From Dipteris shenzhenensis (lineage: Eukaryota): a stretch of DNA of 64,000 nt. The stretch lies in assembly GCA_047967505.1 (NCBI GenBank), contig CM106538.1. One strand, given 5' to 3'. How positions within the stretch are numbered: the first letter of the stretch is position 1; each line of letters begins with the position of its first letter. A model generated the notes under the pieces. It had not been told where the DNA came from. It made no database searches and worked only from the letters and a program-made list of their open reading frames with translations. The translations under genes were made by a program, and so were the position numbers. Shown piece by piece: positions 12,541-25,182 of this stretch.

Positions 12541-12809
12541 CTTTGTAATCTCAGCCATAAACTTTTCTTTGTAATCTCAGCCATTATTGTGGCTGAACTA
12601 CCCTTTATTAAGTTACACAGAGAGCACGTGGCTGAGCTACCCTTTATTAAGTGACGAGAGCATGTGGTCTGTTCAACAAAAACACGAATACATTCTTGGA
12701 CATCCATTTATGAGTGCACCTCAATCTGTCAGTGAGGTTTCTTATCATGCAGTGCAGGCCATATGCATGGCAGGTTTCTTATCATGCAGTGCAGGCCATA
12801 TGCATGGCA
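12541..12809. repeat. Cluster of short tandem duplications
   Basis: CTTTGTAATCTCAGCCAT x2; GTGGCTGA.CTACCCTTTATTAAGT x2; GGTTTCTTATCATGCAGTGCAGGCCATATGCATGGCA x2. Confidence 0.8.
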
Positions 12810-13512
12810 AAGTTTAAGCTTGGGAGTAAAGTGTACCTGTTCATTAGTACACATCTTTGCATCGTTAGCAGTCTTTTGGGAAGAGGTTAATGTACTAGTA
12901 CTCCAAGGATGAGAGGCTAAGGGGATGTGGGAATTTTTTGTGTAAGTCATTTGAAAGGGGTTCATTGCAGCTTGCGAAATATAAGTTTACAGAAAAATAT
13001 AATGGAAAGCAGGTCCTTATTATTGTAGTCGATAATACTGGATGTTTGAGCATTCGTTCTCTGTGGAATACCTTTGATTTGTTTGAAGCCTCTGTGTAAT
13101 ACCAATTATGTGTATGCCAACTCTTTTTCGACTGCTGCTACTTCATTGCCTGTTCGAGCTGTTGGTGCCCTCCCTTGCCTGCCTTGTGCTAGCCCTTTGG
13201 AACGGTATATTTTTTTGCAGCCCTCCAGACTCATGCTTGAGCCCTTTGGAAGCTCTACTCCCCCCAATTGATTTTTTCAAGTTATAGTCTGTTCCCAGGC
13301 CTCCAAACTTGAATGCCTACTGTTCTTTTTTATTTCTTGTTGGAAAATTTGTACACGTGTCCCCCCGCCAAATTTTCTGGTTGAAATGGAGAGAACATAA
13401 CTATTGGGAAAAATAAAATAGAATGGCTTTTATTGGAATACCTCTGACAACCTTGGTTAATATGTTGAACTTCTACTGCAGTTTTCTCATATGTGTGTAC
13501 CTTACTGCGCAG

Positions 13513-14316
13513 ATAGCTCAAAGAAATGGGATCGAAGTGGATGTAGATTTGGCATTGGGATTTGCATCTCATTACTGCAAGATTGGTACAATGGAATGCC
13601 TGGTGAATGATGGGAACGCAGTTGCCTTTTTGGGTCCTCTAATGCGGGCTGCAGATCGAGGCTGTATGCAGGTGGTTAAATGGTTTGTCGAGAGAGGCTG
13701 CAGGGATATGGAGCTGTGTCTTGCTCTGACAGCGGCCGCTTCAAGCAGCAGGATTGAAGTGGCTGACTACCTTTTGAAGCATATACCACTCCATGTTCTC
13801 CGTGCCCTAAGCTTGGATATTTTGAAGGCTGCTGGTGAGAGAAGTGCTGGCTCTTTAAATGGAATAGCTTTTCTCCTGCAGTCCGATTTCCTCGGCAGTC
13901 CAGAGGCAACCTATGCAGTTGCTGACAGCATTTCAAGATTGGAGGATGAGACTATCTCTGCAGAGTTGAAATCATTCTTCAAAGAAAAGTGGTCAGATGA
14001 AGCGTTTGTACGGGGGAGAATGGTTGGTGAAGCTCACCACTTAAATATAATGAGAGCTATTAAGAGGGGCTCATCACCTCTTCACCTTCAAGAACTTCCT
14101 CTACAGCTGCAGGTTACCATAGCCTATCTTCCTTTGTATAAAGAATGTGCTGCTCCTTGTGGCCTCTTACTTTCTCAGTGGCTCAGGGGCCAGCTTGTGG
14201 AGGCTGCCTTGAGGCTTGATGGAGGTAAGGATTACTCAGCAAAAGAGATCACAGAACTGGACAAAGGTAAGCTCCTTGCAATATTGGAATCAAGGTTACC
14301 ATCCTTCGTTGTATGA
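13513..14316 (+). CDS. SKIP35: Terminal coding exon of an ankyrin-repeat SKIP35-like host gene (upstream exons outside the window)
   Basis: After acceptor CAG (13510-13512): IAQRNGIEVDVDLALGFASHYCKIGTMECLV..GNAVAFLGPLMRAADRGCMQVVKWFVERGCRDMELCLALTAA...AGERSAGSL...IAYLPLYKEC...LRGQLVEAA...LPSFVV*. This matches the conserved C-terminal half of plant SKIP35. The ORF-track N-terminus (13423-13512) is intronic. Confidence 0.88.
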   Translation: MAQRNGIEVDVDLALGFASHYCKIGTMECLVNDGNAVAFLGPLMRAADRGCMQVVKWFVERGCRDMELCLALTAAASSSRIEVADYLLKHIPLHVLRALSLDILKAAGERSAGSLNGIAFLLQSDFLGSPEATYAVADSISRLEDETISAELKSFFKEKWSDEAFVRGRMVGEAHHLNIMRAIKRGSSPLHLQELPLQLQVTIAYLPLYKECAAPCGLLLSQWLRGQLVEAALRLDGGKDYSAKEITELDKGKLLAILESRLPSFVV

Positions 14317-17300
14317 GATCCCTGTAGCACTGCTTGCTTTCATTTATGTCTGTCCGACTCTGCCGGCACATTGTGGGAAGTCCTACGTGCGTGCATTTTT
14401 GGCAGATTTGGCATTGCTTTTGTACCTTTCCATATAAGCTATTCAGGCCCCATCTAGCCCAAGACTATGATAAATCTTAAGCCTTTAATGTTAATGGAAA
14501 TTCTGAATTTGCACTACTAGTACATAGACTTGCTGTTATGCGCACACTGCAAAGTTCAAATATTGCTTGTCAATCTTACGATCTCTGCATCCATGTTTAT
14601 ACTGTTGAAAAAGTATTGAAAATTTTGAGCGGACTCATCTCCTATCTGAGGAGGCAAGTGTATTCTTTTTAGGGAGGGAAACTCAAAGACACATATGTAT
14701 TGTGTATATGGACTCAGATGTATGCAGCTTTGTTGGTGGTGTGACATATATTGTGGTCTAGGTCACTTCATGTGCAGGTTGTCTTTGATGTTACAAGCAG
14801 ATTGAAAAGTGTTCTTCCATTAGGTTTGGGCCTTGTGAATGCCTTTAGTGTGATAGGAGGACGATTGTTAAAGAGGGGTGTCATTGAATACGCGTCAGCA
14901 GTGAGTCCGTAGGGAGTAATTTGGAGCAGAATACCTTGTAAATCAACAAGATGGAAGGAATTAAGTCAGGCTTAGAACAGTAGTTTTTGATTCTTTCTAT
15001 CGACAGCTGTACGTTGGGGATTTCGTGAGGTTTTTTGTTGCTGCTTCCTTAAAGGATGGCTCTCATATGCATTGATCCTAGTGCCACGGGGCAACCAAGC
15101 TTTGCAAACTCATCATGTTTGAGTCAACGAGAGATTGAAAGAACACATAAATTGTTTTCCATGTGTCTTGAAAAGCTCCTCCAAGATGAAGGAAATGCAC
15201 ACCAAAAGGGTCTAGGTCCTAAGACATAAGTTGCTTAGAAAAATGTGTGAAATTGAGGGTGGGTTTTTTTTCAGGTTTAGAGTTAAATTTTGCAGTGTTA
15301 CTTCTGTTATTTGTGGGGCATGAACATGCTCAAGAAGAAAGAAAAGATTGACAGTGCGATAAACACATTCACAAGATTGCAGGTGTTGCAAATTTTGATT
15401 GCTTCTATGGAGAGTGCTCAACATGGAACTATCTTTAGGATGTGCTAATTATGTGTACTAATTTGTGCTAGTTATGTGTACTAATTTTAATTATTGACAA
15501 TTTTATGTCATGTAGATTCATTCACGTGGCAAGATGAGGCCATCAACCAAGTGAGGCTATTGTACGGATTTTGTGTTGGATCTTGGACTACATGTCACCC
15601 TGAAGTATTGCACAAATACTGCCTTTTTATATACTTAACTTTATCTTGTGAAGAGTGTTTTGAGTTAATATGTGCTTTCACTTCATCCATTTGCACTTTT
15701 TGACATTAAAAAACTAAGAGAGTAAAATTAGCTCCACCATAAATATATTCAAGTCGGAAATATTTGGCAAACTTGGAGATGTGAGGAACTAGGTACAGAA
15801 TTTAGGAATGCCATGAAATAGAATAAAGAACTCATAAAGAAGTAAAAACACTTTTGCAAATAATATGCTATAAAATATCAATGAAATAACAAATATATCA
15901 TGAATGTAGAATGACGAAAGCATTTTGGCTCATTGTCCATCCAAATTTGAGCTTTGTGCAGTTGTGCACTTAGTTATTTTTTAGGAAAGAAAACATTTGT
16001 AGAAATAGCTTCACAAGAGAACAACAAGAGATCATTTATTATAATAAAGTTGTTTTCCTTTGGGAGAATTTTTAATTTGTATATTTTTTTATTTTGGGGT
16101 TAAAAAAAAAACCTTCTAAATTGTGCTTTGCAAATTGATATATTGAGAATGCAGATTGCACTATGTGTATTATAGGTAGTTTGAATACAAAGATTGGTAG
16201 AAATGACCATAAATTGTCAAATAGGGCTCTTAACAAGGGCTATGTATATAACCTTGTAAGCCATGTTTTTAGAACAGAGAGTACCTTTCCTCTCCCCCCC
16301 TTCAGTGCTTCTCTTAACATGGCTTAGCTCTTCTCCACTCGACACCTCCCTAGTAGAGGTGGTATTGTAGTCCTACTAGGTGGGAGTTCCCATTTGTTGA
16401 TTTTCAGCTTATGCCGTAGTTGTAGATCTTGTTTTTCTAAAGACAATGGTCTTTGTAGCTCAACATAATAAAAATTGAGGGAGAAAATGGGGTCTCAAAA
16501 GGGCCTTGAATTAGTGTATCCTAATTTTAAGGGATTAGAGAGGGATTTGAGGTGTTCCAACGAGAGTGCTTTGTGTGGGGCAATAGTATGTTGAGGTGGA
16601 GGGATGGCAGGCACGCAGAGAACCCCTATAGGCTATTTCTCTTACATTGGGAACCACCCAAACCATCGTCCCCCCCTTAATCCATGCTTGACTCTCCTCC
16701 CATGTGCACCGACCCCAGAGCAACCCCAAATCTCATCAAGGCTTTGTGGGCCCTTTTGGGCGAATTTCTCTTCACCTCTTTCTTTGATCCTCTCCTCTGG
16801 TCCAACTGTCCTCTCCCTCAGGTGTGGGCCGTTTTGGATTTTGTCCTCTGGCCTACTATAGGTCTGCTACCTCTTTCTTTTCTCCTCTAGTCCAACTGTT
16901 CTCTCCCTCCATTTTTCAAAATTTGGCTTGCAATACCTCCTATAGCTGGTCTACTACCTCGTGCTCTTCCCCCACTTTCTTTGCCTCCTCTTGCTCTACC
17001 TCTACCTTCTTTTTCCTCTCTTGTCCTATGTCCTCTTGCCATACCCTCTCCTATGACACCTCTTTCCCATGATGGAATGGAGGGAAAGAAGTGGAATGGA
17101 ATGAGGGAAAAAAGAGGAATGGAAGGCTCTGTAGTTTCTCTTTCTATATTATAGCTTTTCTCTTCCTCGAAGATGAACCCTATCCACCCACCTTGTATTG
17201 GAGGTCCATTCTTGCTATGGTGATCACTTTTTTCTCATCCTTAATATAAGCTCTTCATTACCCTATAGGCATGGTGAGGAACAAAGTGGCAGAAGCAAGC

Positions 17301-18689
17301 AATATTATGAGCTCTTGTGTGTTCTAGAATACCAAACATTCATTGGATGGGTGGATGACTTGGACTTATAGTTTGAATCACCAGATGGTCTTGAAAGGGT
17401 TTGCTAAGGGTCCACATAAACTTTCCAAGAGCAAGAGGGGTGATGTTTTGCATAACTTAAAGGGCCACATCTTGAAGTTCGAGTTTGGAGAGGACGAATG
17501 GCTTACCAAGTTACAACATGTGTACAAGGCAAGGACATGTGCCTTTTTCCTAGGATACCATCACATTTAAGTCATTCTTTCTATGTATCTTCCTTGTCTA
17601 CCTTCTTGTGACTGTTAAGAGTCTATTTGAAAATTTATGTTGATTTTGGAAGAAAATTTATTCATGGCAAAAATATGAGATTCAAACTTTGAGGAGTGGG
17701 AACTAGTGGAATCTTTGATAGGTAAGTTCACTGCTATTCATGAGGATTTTGATATTACTGACAATGGACTCTCTCTAGGTGATGTGTTGGAATACCTTTT
17801 AGTCATGGAGAATCATTCAACTTTATCTGAAATGGTGAAAAGGTAGGCAAGCGTCTAGAGAATTGCATGAACAATGCCAATTTCATCCCTCATGCAACAT
17901 TAAACAATGTGTTTGACTAGTGCAGGCTTTGCATAAATTCTAGGTTGTGCATTTGGGCTTTGCATAGCTTTGCTTCATGATTGGAGGACATAAAAAATAG
18001 TAGTGCAATTTATTTTGATGGTTTTACTTGGTTTCATGTATAAAGTTTTCAAATAATATGTCGCATTTGTTTTAGAGTTTATATTTATAGGTTTTGGTCT
18101 TTTAATCTAATGTGTTTGCTAGGTCTTCTAATGTAATTATTATTGAATTGTTGTGGGAGACATTTGAGGTTGATGAGTTATCTCCTTAGCAGGCCAACAT
18201 TCATAGCACATTTGGTTGAAATCACTCATTGGTGTGCTATATTAGTCGAGCAAGAGGGCACATTGTGGTCTTCTACATCAAATTTTCATAAGGTCCTACT
18301 TAACTATTGAAGTGCATCAAAATATTGACAAGATCCATGTGATCCATCACATGGCTTCCCTTAATGCATTTGTGTCTCAATTGGCAATGATGGAATAAAG
18401 TCTATGCTTAGCTGCCAAAGAGGAGAGCCTTAGGTTCTAGTTGTCAAAATGGTCAAATTCGGGTCATTGAGTAAATAGATTTCTTGTCATTGAAAATGAA
18501 TGGGTATTATATTCCTTTTACCACTATACCCTGTGCTCCAAAGAAAGGCAAAAAAGTGACCGTTATGGAGAAAGATCTCTTGCAATGTGGCTTTATCAAG
18601 CATAAGATGATATGTCTTGGCAAATTGCCTAATGAGTATGTGATCAATGACAAGAGATTGGAGCTAATAGAAACATCTTTGATCTTAGC

Positions 18690-19568
18690 AAATGGTCAAA
18701 TTTGTGCCATGGCAGGTTTAGGTATTTTTGGATACTCCATGCCATCCCGATCAACTTTGCCTTTTGTGCCATGTTGAAATTCCTTCTAGATTTGCTAGAA
18801 ATGGTCATTGGAATAGCCAAAATTGTCAAATTCCTTCATCTACCCCTTTAAAGTCTATATTTCTTTATAGAAAATCATGGGATACGTTAATATTTTACAA
18901 GGTACCTTGATGTAGGGGAATCTCAAAACTTAAAATTAAATATTACAATGACATAGCCAACCTATAGGCTACCTCAAAGGGCAAGATAAACATAGAAATT
19001 GACAATTTTTACAAGGAGATGTAGCGGAAGGCCAAACCATAAAATTCATCAATTTTTTCAAGGTGATGTAAAAAATCACATTGAAATAGCCAACCTGCAA
19101 GGTGTCTCCAAAGGTAACATAAACAAAGAAAATGACATTTTGACAAGGTGATGAATTGGGGGATCAAAATGTTTTGGATTAAGTAAAAAATTCCATTGAC
19201 ATAGCCAACCTACAAGGTGCCTCCAAGGGCAATAAATGTGGAAAATATATTGTCAAAGGGGTCTTAGCAGAGTTGCTTTGCAAGGCACACAAGTTGGCAT
19301 CTTGGCCAACCGTCATTTGCTAAATCACTTTCTAAATATTTTCTTTTCTATCTTTGTCTATGTTGAAGCTGATGCATCCCATGACTTTCTATGAAGAAAT
19401 ATAGATTTAAAGGGGTAGATGAAGGAATTTGATAATTGTGGCCATTCTAATGACCATTTCTCACAAATCTAGAAGGAATTTCAACATGGCACAGAAGGCA
19501 AACTTGATTGGGATGGCATGGAGTTGCCAAAACCACCTAAACCCACGACGTCACAAATTTGACCATTT
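18690..19568. repeat. Inverted repeat (~195-bp arms) enclosing degenerate ~120-bp tandem units; foldback/MITE-like
   Basis: 18690-18885 is approximately the reverse complement of 19374-19568. The spacer has three GA(C/A)ATAGCCAACCT.....G units at ~18950, ~19083 and ~19198. Confidence 0.75.
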
Positions 19569-20569
19569 AGGCATGGCTACCCTTTAAAATCTATATTTCT
19601 TCATAGAGAACTTTACAAGGTGATGTAGGGGAAGCTGAAATTTTAAATAAAAAATTCACTTTGCGGAGGGTTTTGTTATTTTTTAATAGTTCCTGCTGTC
19701 CTAATCAACTTTGCCCTCTACATTTGTCAGACATGGTCATTGGAACAACCACACTTGGTAGACAACATTTTGTTGACTTGTCATTTACATCAAAATTCTC
19801 CGAGCTACATTTAAAATAGGAGATTAAATATCGACAATAGTTAATTTCATGGAATGTGATATAACGTTTTGTGTGTAATATGATATAACAATAGATGCAT
19901 TATCGACAACAAAAAATAATTTATCCATAACATTTGCACTAGGTTTACATACAAAAGGTTCACCATTTAACCATCGATAAATGAGAAAATATAGCCATAG
20001 ATAGAAGAACATTATAAAGAATAGCTGTTAGTATTTCAAATTGTATTACAAAGAGGCTTCATAGACTATCTCTCTTCTTTTTGAACTCTAATACATCAAG
20101 AACATGGGTCTTTGAATCCTCGAGTAAGTCTTGAGAACACCAGTTAGGCTATGCTATAGTGACTACTACTTTTTTTGGGTAGGTACGATAGCTATTTTTA
20201 TGTGCATGCTCTTTACCCACACCTCCACTGGCCTATCTACCATTATTAGTCCCACCATCAAAAATCACTTCCTACCTTCATGCAAATAAAATTCCAGTCC
20301 TGGCATGCAAACATGACTAACATGTACAATAGTATTAATTCTACCTAGCTCCTACCACTAGCAGATCAAAATCAAGGTCCTCAAAATATCCCTATCATTT
20401 TTGCCCATCCCTTAGCTACAGACATTCATGTCCTACAGTCTCCTTTTGCTTTGCCTTGTTATTCTCTTGGATCAAAAGGAAATAAACCCTTGCTTCTGTA
20501 CTAATCACATTGATTCAAGCCACCGAGACTTTGCAAGCTGCATAAACTCCCTATTAAGAGTGAGAGATT

Positions 20570-21650
20570 TGTTGTTGGGCTTATGCCGGATCTTAGGTTG
20601 AAGGTGGCATTGAAGAATCCTCATCATTTTGATGAAGCTATTGAGATTGCATGTGCCAAGCAGTGGAAAATGCATCAGTGGGTTTGATCAATGTGTCCAT
20701 TTTACAAGGAAATTGGTCTTATGCATCGAAGCTTGTAAAGCCTTCTTTGGATGTGTCTATGTTGCCTTATATGCAAAGCACTAGATTTCTTTCTGGTGTA
20801 TCACTTCCACAGGTTGGTAATGTTAACAATGCAATTGGATATGATGTAAGGAAATTAGAGGAGTCTAATAATGTGATCAGATGTAACAAAGAGATTTTGT
20901 CATCACCAATGATAGGTGATGCCGAGTCATTTATAGAAGGTGGTGAAGGAGTGCCTGATGACATTTCAGGCCCTTAGATCACAGATGAGGAATCACATTT
21001 AGTAGAGCCCAATGAAGTGGAGCTAGAGATGCTTGAAAAGGGTGTTAAAGAAGATGCAAAGAGCTCTTATGTGTATAGAACTCAACTAGAAGAGGATCCA
21101 AGTGCATCATGTTGTGTTCTTGTTGATGATGTTGACCCTTCCCTACCATATGCTACTTGTGTTGCATCCAATGCTTGTAGAGTGTGCACAGAAGCGTGAA
21201 GATATGTCAAGGTCAATGACTAATGAAGAGTCAATATACCTTGAGGAACCTCTTGAAGAAGAACCAAGCATGTGTGCTGAAAATGAGGTAGATGCTTATG
21301 AGAAGAAGAATATGAGTTATATTTCCAACCAGAAAGAAGATTTCTCAAACGTGACAGATGCTCACCATGATGGAGAGGTAGATGCTTGGGATGCATTTAT
21401 GCAATTAGCACATGAGGTCATGGATGATTTATGAGAAGGAATTCCTACAGATGTTGGAGGCCAACAAGGGAGCGGACATAAACTATATCAACCTTATATT
21501 GATGAAGAGGTAGCACCAATGAAAATGAGGTGTGACAATGAGGATGATAATGAAGAGCAAGGGAATCGTGAGGCATTCTCACTCTTAATGTTGATGTGTT
21601 TGACAAAGAGCTTATTGTAGTAATTCCAATGCAGAGCAGAGGGTGGAATT
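20570..21650 (+). pseudogene. Ty3/gypsy gag C-terminal remnant followed by a decayed acidic region
   Basis: ERFVVGLMPDLRLKVALKNPHHFDEAIEIACAKQWK at ~20572-20680, then broken E/D-rich ORFs. Confidence 0.5.
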
Positions 21651-21849
21651 TTCTAATGAAGGAATCTTGGATGACCAGTTAAAGGTAGCACGTGACAGTT
21701 TGCCACATGAATCATTGCATGATGAATCTTATGGAGAGTTTCTAAACAGAGATGTGTATGCACAAGCCACTGACAATCGGGAGGTTTTTGATTGGCGGTT
21801 TGAAAAATAAATTGAAGAATTGGATTTGAAGATGGCATGCATATTGGAG

Positions 21850-22190
21850 GGATTAAAACATGATAGTGTATTGCAATTACACAACTCTTTCCAAATCTGA
21901 TTAGGATCCCTTGCACATGCATATTGGACCATAAAAGAAGTCCCTACCCCTTGGTATTCAACCTCCCGATATTGCATTTGCAACACATCTTGAACAAAAC
22001 TCTGAAACCATATCCTTGATTCACCTTGCAGACAATACCATAGGATCTGTAACCAAACCTTTGGTCTATCTTTTCCTTTTAACAACGCTGTGAACTCTAG
22101 GTCTTTGATCAATTGACAAGCATCCTCATTAGGAAATCCAAGAAACTGTTGAAGAAGTGAAAAGAAAGCATGAAGCTGAACACGAAACAA
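21850..22190 (-). pseudogene. Ty3/gypsy gag N-terminal remnant
   Basis: FLGFPNEDACQLIKDLEF...VWLQILWYCLQGESRIWFQ...DPNQIWKEL resembles the retrotransposon gag capsid N-terminus. Confidence 0.55.
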
Positions 22191-22689
22191 GAGAATGAAT
22201 ATAGAATGAAGAAGGGTGAGGTTTATATGTAGGCACCTCTACATGAGCCACCAAGCTCCACAATCATCTCCTCAATCAGCTCCTAGAATCTCTCAATCAT
22301 CCTATGTGGCATCTACCACCACCTAACAGTGCTTATGGGCACCTAACTGTGCCTCTAGCATACACACATAGAACCCAAGGTGTGCCTGGGGCATACACCT
22401 TGAGATATCCCATCAAACCACCCCTCAAGGGAATAGTTCAGGCTATGTCAAGGATACATCTAGTCACATAGTGTCTCAAGCCATCTCATGGTGGTCAAGG
22501 ATAAATCTATGGCTATGATCTCATGCTAGCAAGGGTTCCCAAGGGTGTGAAGTCAAACAAAGGGATACATAAGACCCCCCAATGGTTCTCTCCCCTGCAT
22601 GTACATGCACACAATGTCTGCAGGAGGTACCATGGAGTTAAACACATACACATGGCCTACATCATATGGTGACCAGAGGTGTTTACAAA

Positions 22690-23250
22690 GAACACAATAG
22701 TTTATTCCATTCATTTTGGAGGACTATCCAGGCAGAGTACCTTGACTCAACATAAAAGAGAGATTTGGAGTATATGTGGAGCTGGTTCAAAAAGCATAAT
22801 CATCATAGGAGGCCTCATCTTGTGGAGGCACATCAACTGAAAGTAAATTGGCAGTTTCTGGTTTTGTAGTTGCTTCCTTTTTGGCCTTACAAAGCTTTTC
22901 ATGGTGATTGTTTTTGCCACAATATTTGCAAGGATTGATCTTGAAGCAATCTTTTGAGAGGTGATTAGTCTTCTCACAATGTTTGCAAGGTGGAAACTTG
23001 CCCATTTGAGTTTTTATGGCATAGGCTGTGTCATTGCCTCTCCGGAGTTCCTTGTGCCTATCTTCTTCTTGAAGGGCAGTAATAAGACCTTCAAGAGTAG
23101 GATTAGGAAGATTTTTCAATGTGGTGACAACATGATCATAATCTTCAGGCATACTTTTGAGAAATACTGCCATTGCATCATCCGTAGTGATTGAAGAGTT
23201 GATAGAAGCAAGTTGAGTCATGAGACTCCGCATGTGATTGACATGGCCAT
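22690..23250 (-). pseudogene. Ty1/copia gag fragment with two zinc knuckles
   Basis: MRSLMTQLASI...AVFLKSMPEDYDHVVTTL (UBN2-like), then CKHCEKTNHLSKDC and CKYCGKNNHHEKLC. Confidence 0.75.
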
Positions 23251-25182
23251 TTTATAAAGACTAAATTTAATTTCAAAATTGCAATAATTTGGATGAGCAA
23301 AATCACATTGTCCTTTTCTCTTTCAAAATTCTCTCATTAGGAAAAAAGGGAACTCATTTTGGGGCCCTTTGGCCAAAATGAAAAATACATCCCCCCCAAT
23401 CACAAGAGCGCTAATGTAATGTTGGGAAATTAAGAAAATACAAAATGATTTCACATAGTAAGAGAGAGAAACAAAACTTTATGGATTGACAACTTTATCA
23501 ACCTGACAAGGAGTCATTTTCAAAAAAGATCTTGGACTAAAATGTGATTTCCCTTCCTAAACAAAATTTCCCACTTGTATGAATCAAAGATTCAAATGTG
23601 CTTTCATGCCTAAGCTGGCTTTCTTGTTTGCATTTTATGAGTGTAGGATTCTCCTACTTTTCCTCCTAGTTCTCCCGCTTGTGCTTCACCCATTTGCAAG
23701 TTTGGTTCCATCCATGGTAGTTAGCAACCCAGGGCATCTTACTTGCCTAAACGGAATTTATCACTTGTGTTCTTACTTTTCCTCCTAGTTCTCTCACTTG
23801 CATTCCACCCATTTGTAGGTTTTGTTCTCTTTCACGAATCATCCTTGGCAACAGGCAACTTAGAGCATCCCAATGCGAAGTGGTGTGTAGCTTAGAATGT
23901 AGAAGACCTTGACATAGAGGTGAGAGTTGTTTCTTAGCAACCTACAACACGCATATGATCTATAGGGCTCGCCAATAGGGTGAATGCACATGGTCACTAG
24001 TAAAACATAATCGTGTCAACAGGCACTTGGGTGCTGATGTAGCAAATGAGGAGGAAAAACCATGGTCAAATAATATATTTTTGGCCTCTTGGAAAGGCAG
24101 GGTCAAAAATTTTAGAACAATAGATGGTAAGAAAGGTATTAAGGAACTTCGAATGCACAAGCCCAATTGTGAGTTTAGAAATCTTTTAGTTCTGGAATGG
24201 TAGTTTGAAACATTGGTATTGTCTATGTAAACTAAAATGTCTTTTGGTTTTCATATTTGTATCCATCATCATGTGAAGAATGGCAACCAATGGAGTGCAT
24301 TTTTGGATTCTTGGATGTCTTGCATGGAGCAATAGTAGAATAATAATATCAAGGTAGATCTACAACTCAATTAGCTCAGACATGTATCTTCTTCTATGGC
24401 CATTTTTATGACTTGTTGGACAAAGCAAACATTCATGGTGTGTTGAGGAAACAAGATCTTCTGCCATCAAATATGATAGACTGCTGGTTAGTGCCTCCTA
24501 GTAGTGTGACAGAGACATATAGGGCCAAGCTATTTTTTAGAAGCTCAATGGTCTTTATGTCGAGGCATTGCTATAAGAATTGTCAAAGTCAATGTATGCA
24601 TTTTTCATTGACTTGTTTAATAAATATCTAGTCAAGGTGTGCAAAAGAATGCTCACCTATAGATTTACTAGAAATGAAGAGAACCTTGACTTCTTAGATG
24701 ATGGTTGGGTAGAAATCAATATCTAACAAGGTCCACTATGAGGTGGTGCCAAGTAGTTACCATTAAGTATATGATTGCAATCCATAATTTCATATTTTCT
24801 TTCTATTATAAATGCAATTGGCTCATTGTGAATAAATTAGTTCCAATGGACTAAGACCTTAACTAGTTTGGCCCTAAAAACAAAGTATTGGAGATCAAGG
24901 TCTATGAAGATGGAATACTGGTGAGTGTAATCTTAATAACACAGTGCAAAATGCTAGCTTGATTGCGTTTATGTGGAGACATTACAGAGGGCATTATCTC
25001 GAAAGAATTCTCATTCATTGTCAACAACTAAAAGTTATATGGAATGTTTACAAATCAGTTCTTTATTGTCTTCATTTGTGATATTTACATGATTTATTGT
25101 CTTCATTATGACTAACAAAACATTGCAAAAGCATCGTTGGAGAGATTGTTTATATTACTTCTCAATAATACAGTGTATAGGA

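Noticed and set aside
13423-13512. Hydrophobic N-terminus of the 297-aa ORF, suggesting a signal peptide
   Set aside because: Intron read-through; homology begins at the CAG acceptor at 13512.
24300-24760. Possible PPR pseudogene fragment
   Set aside because: No convincing motif; many stops.
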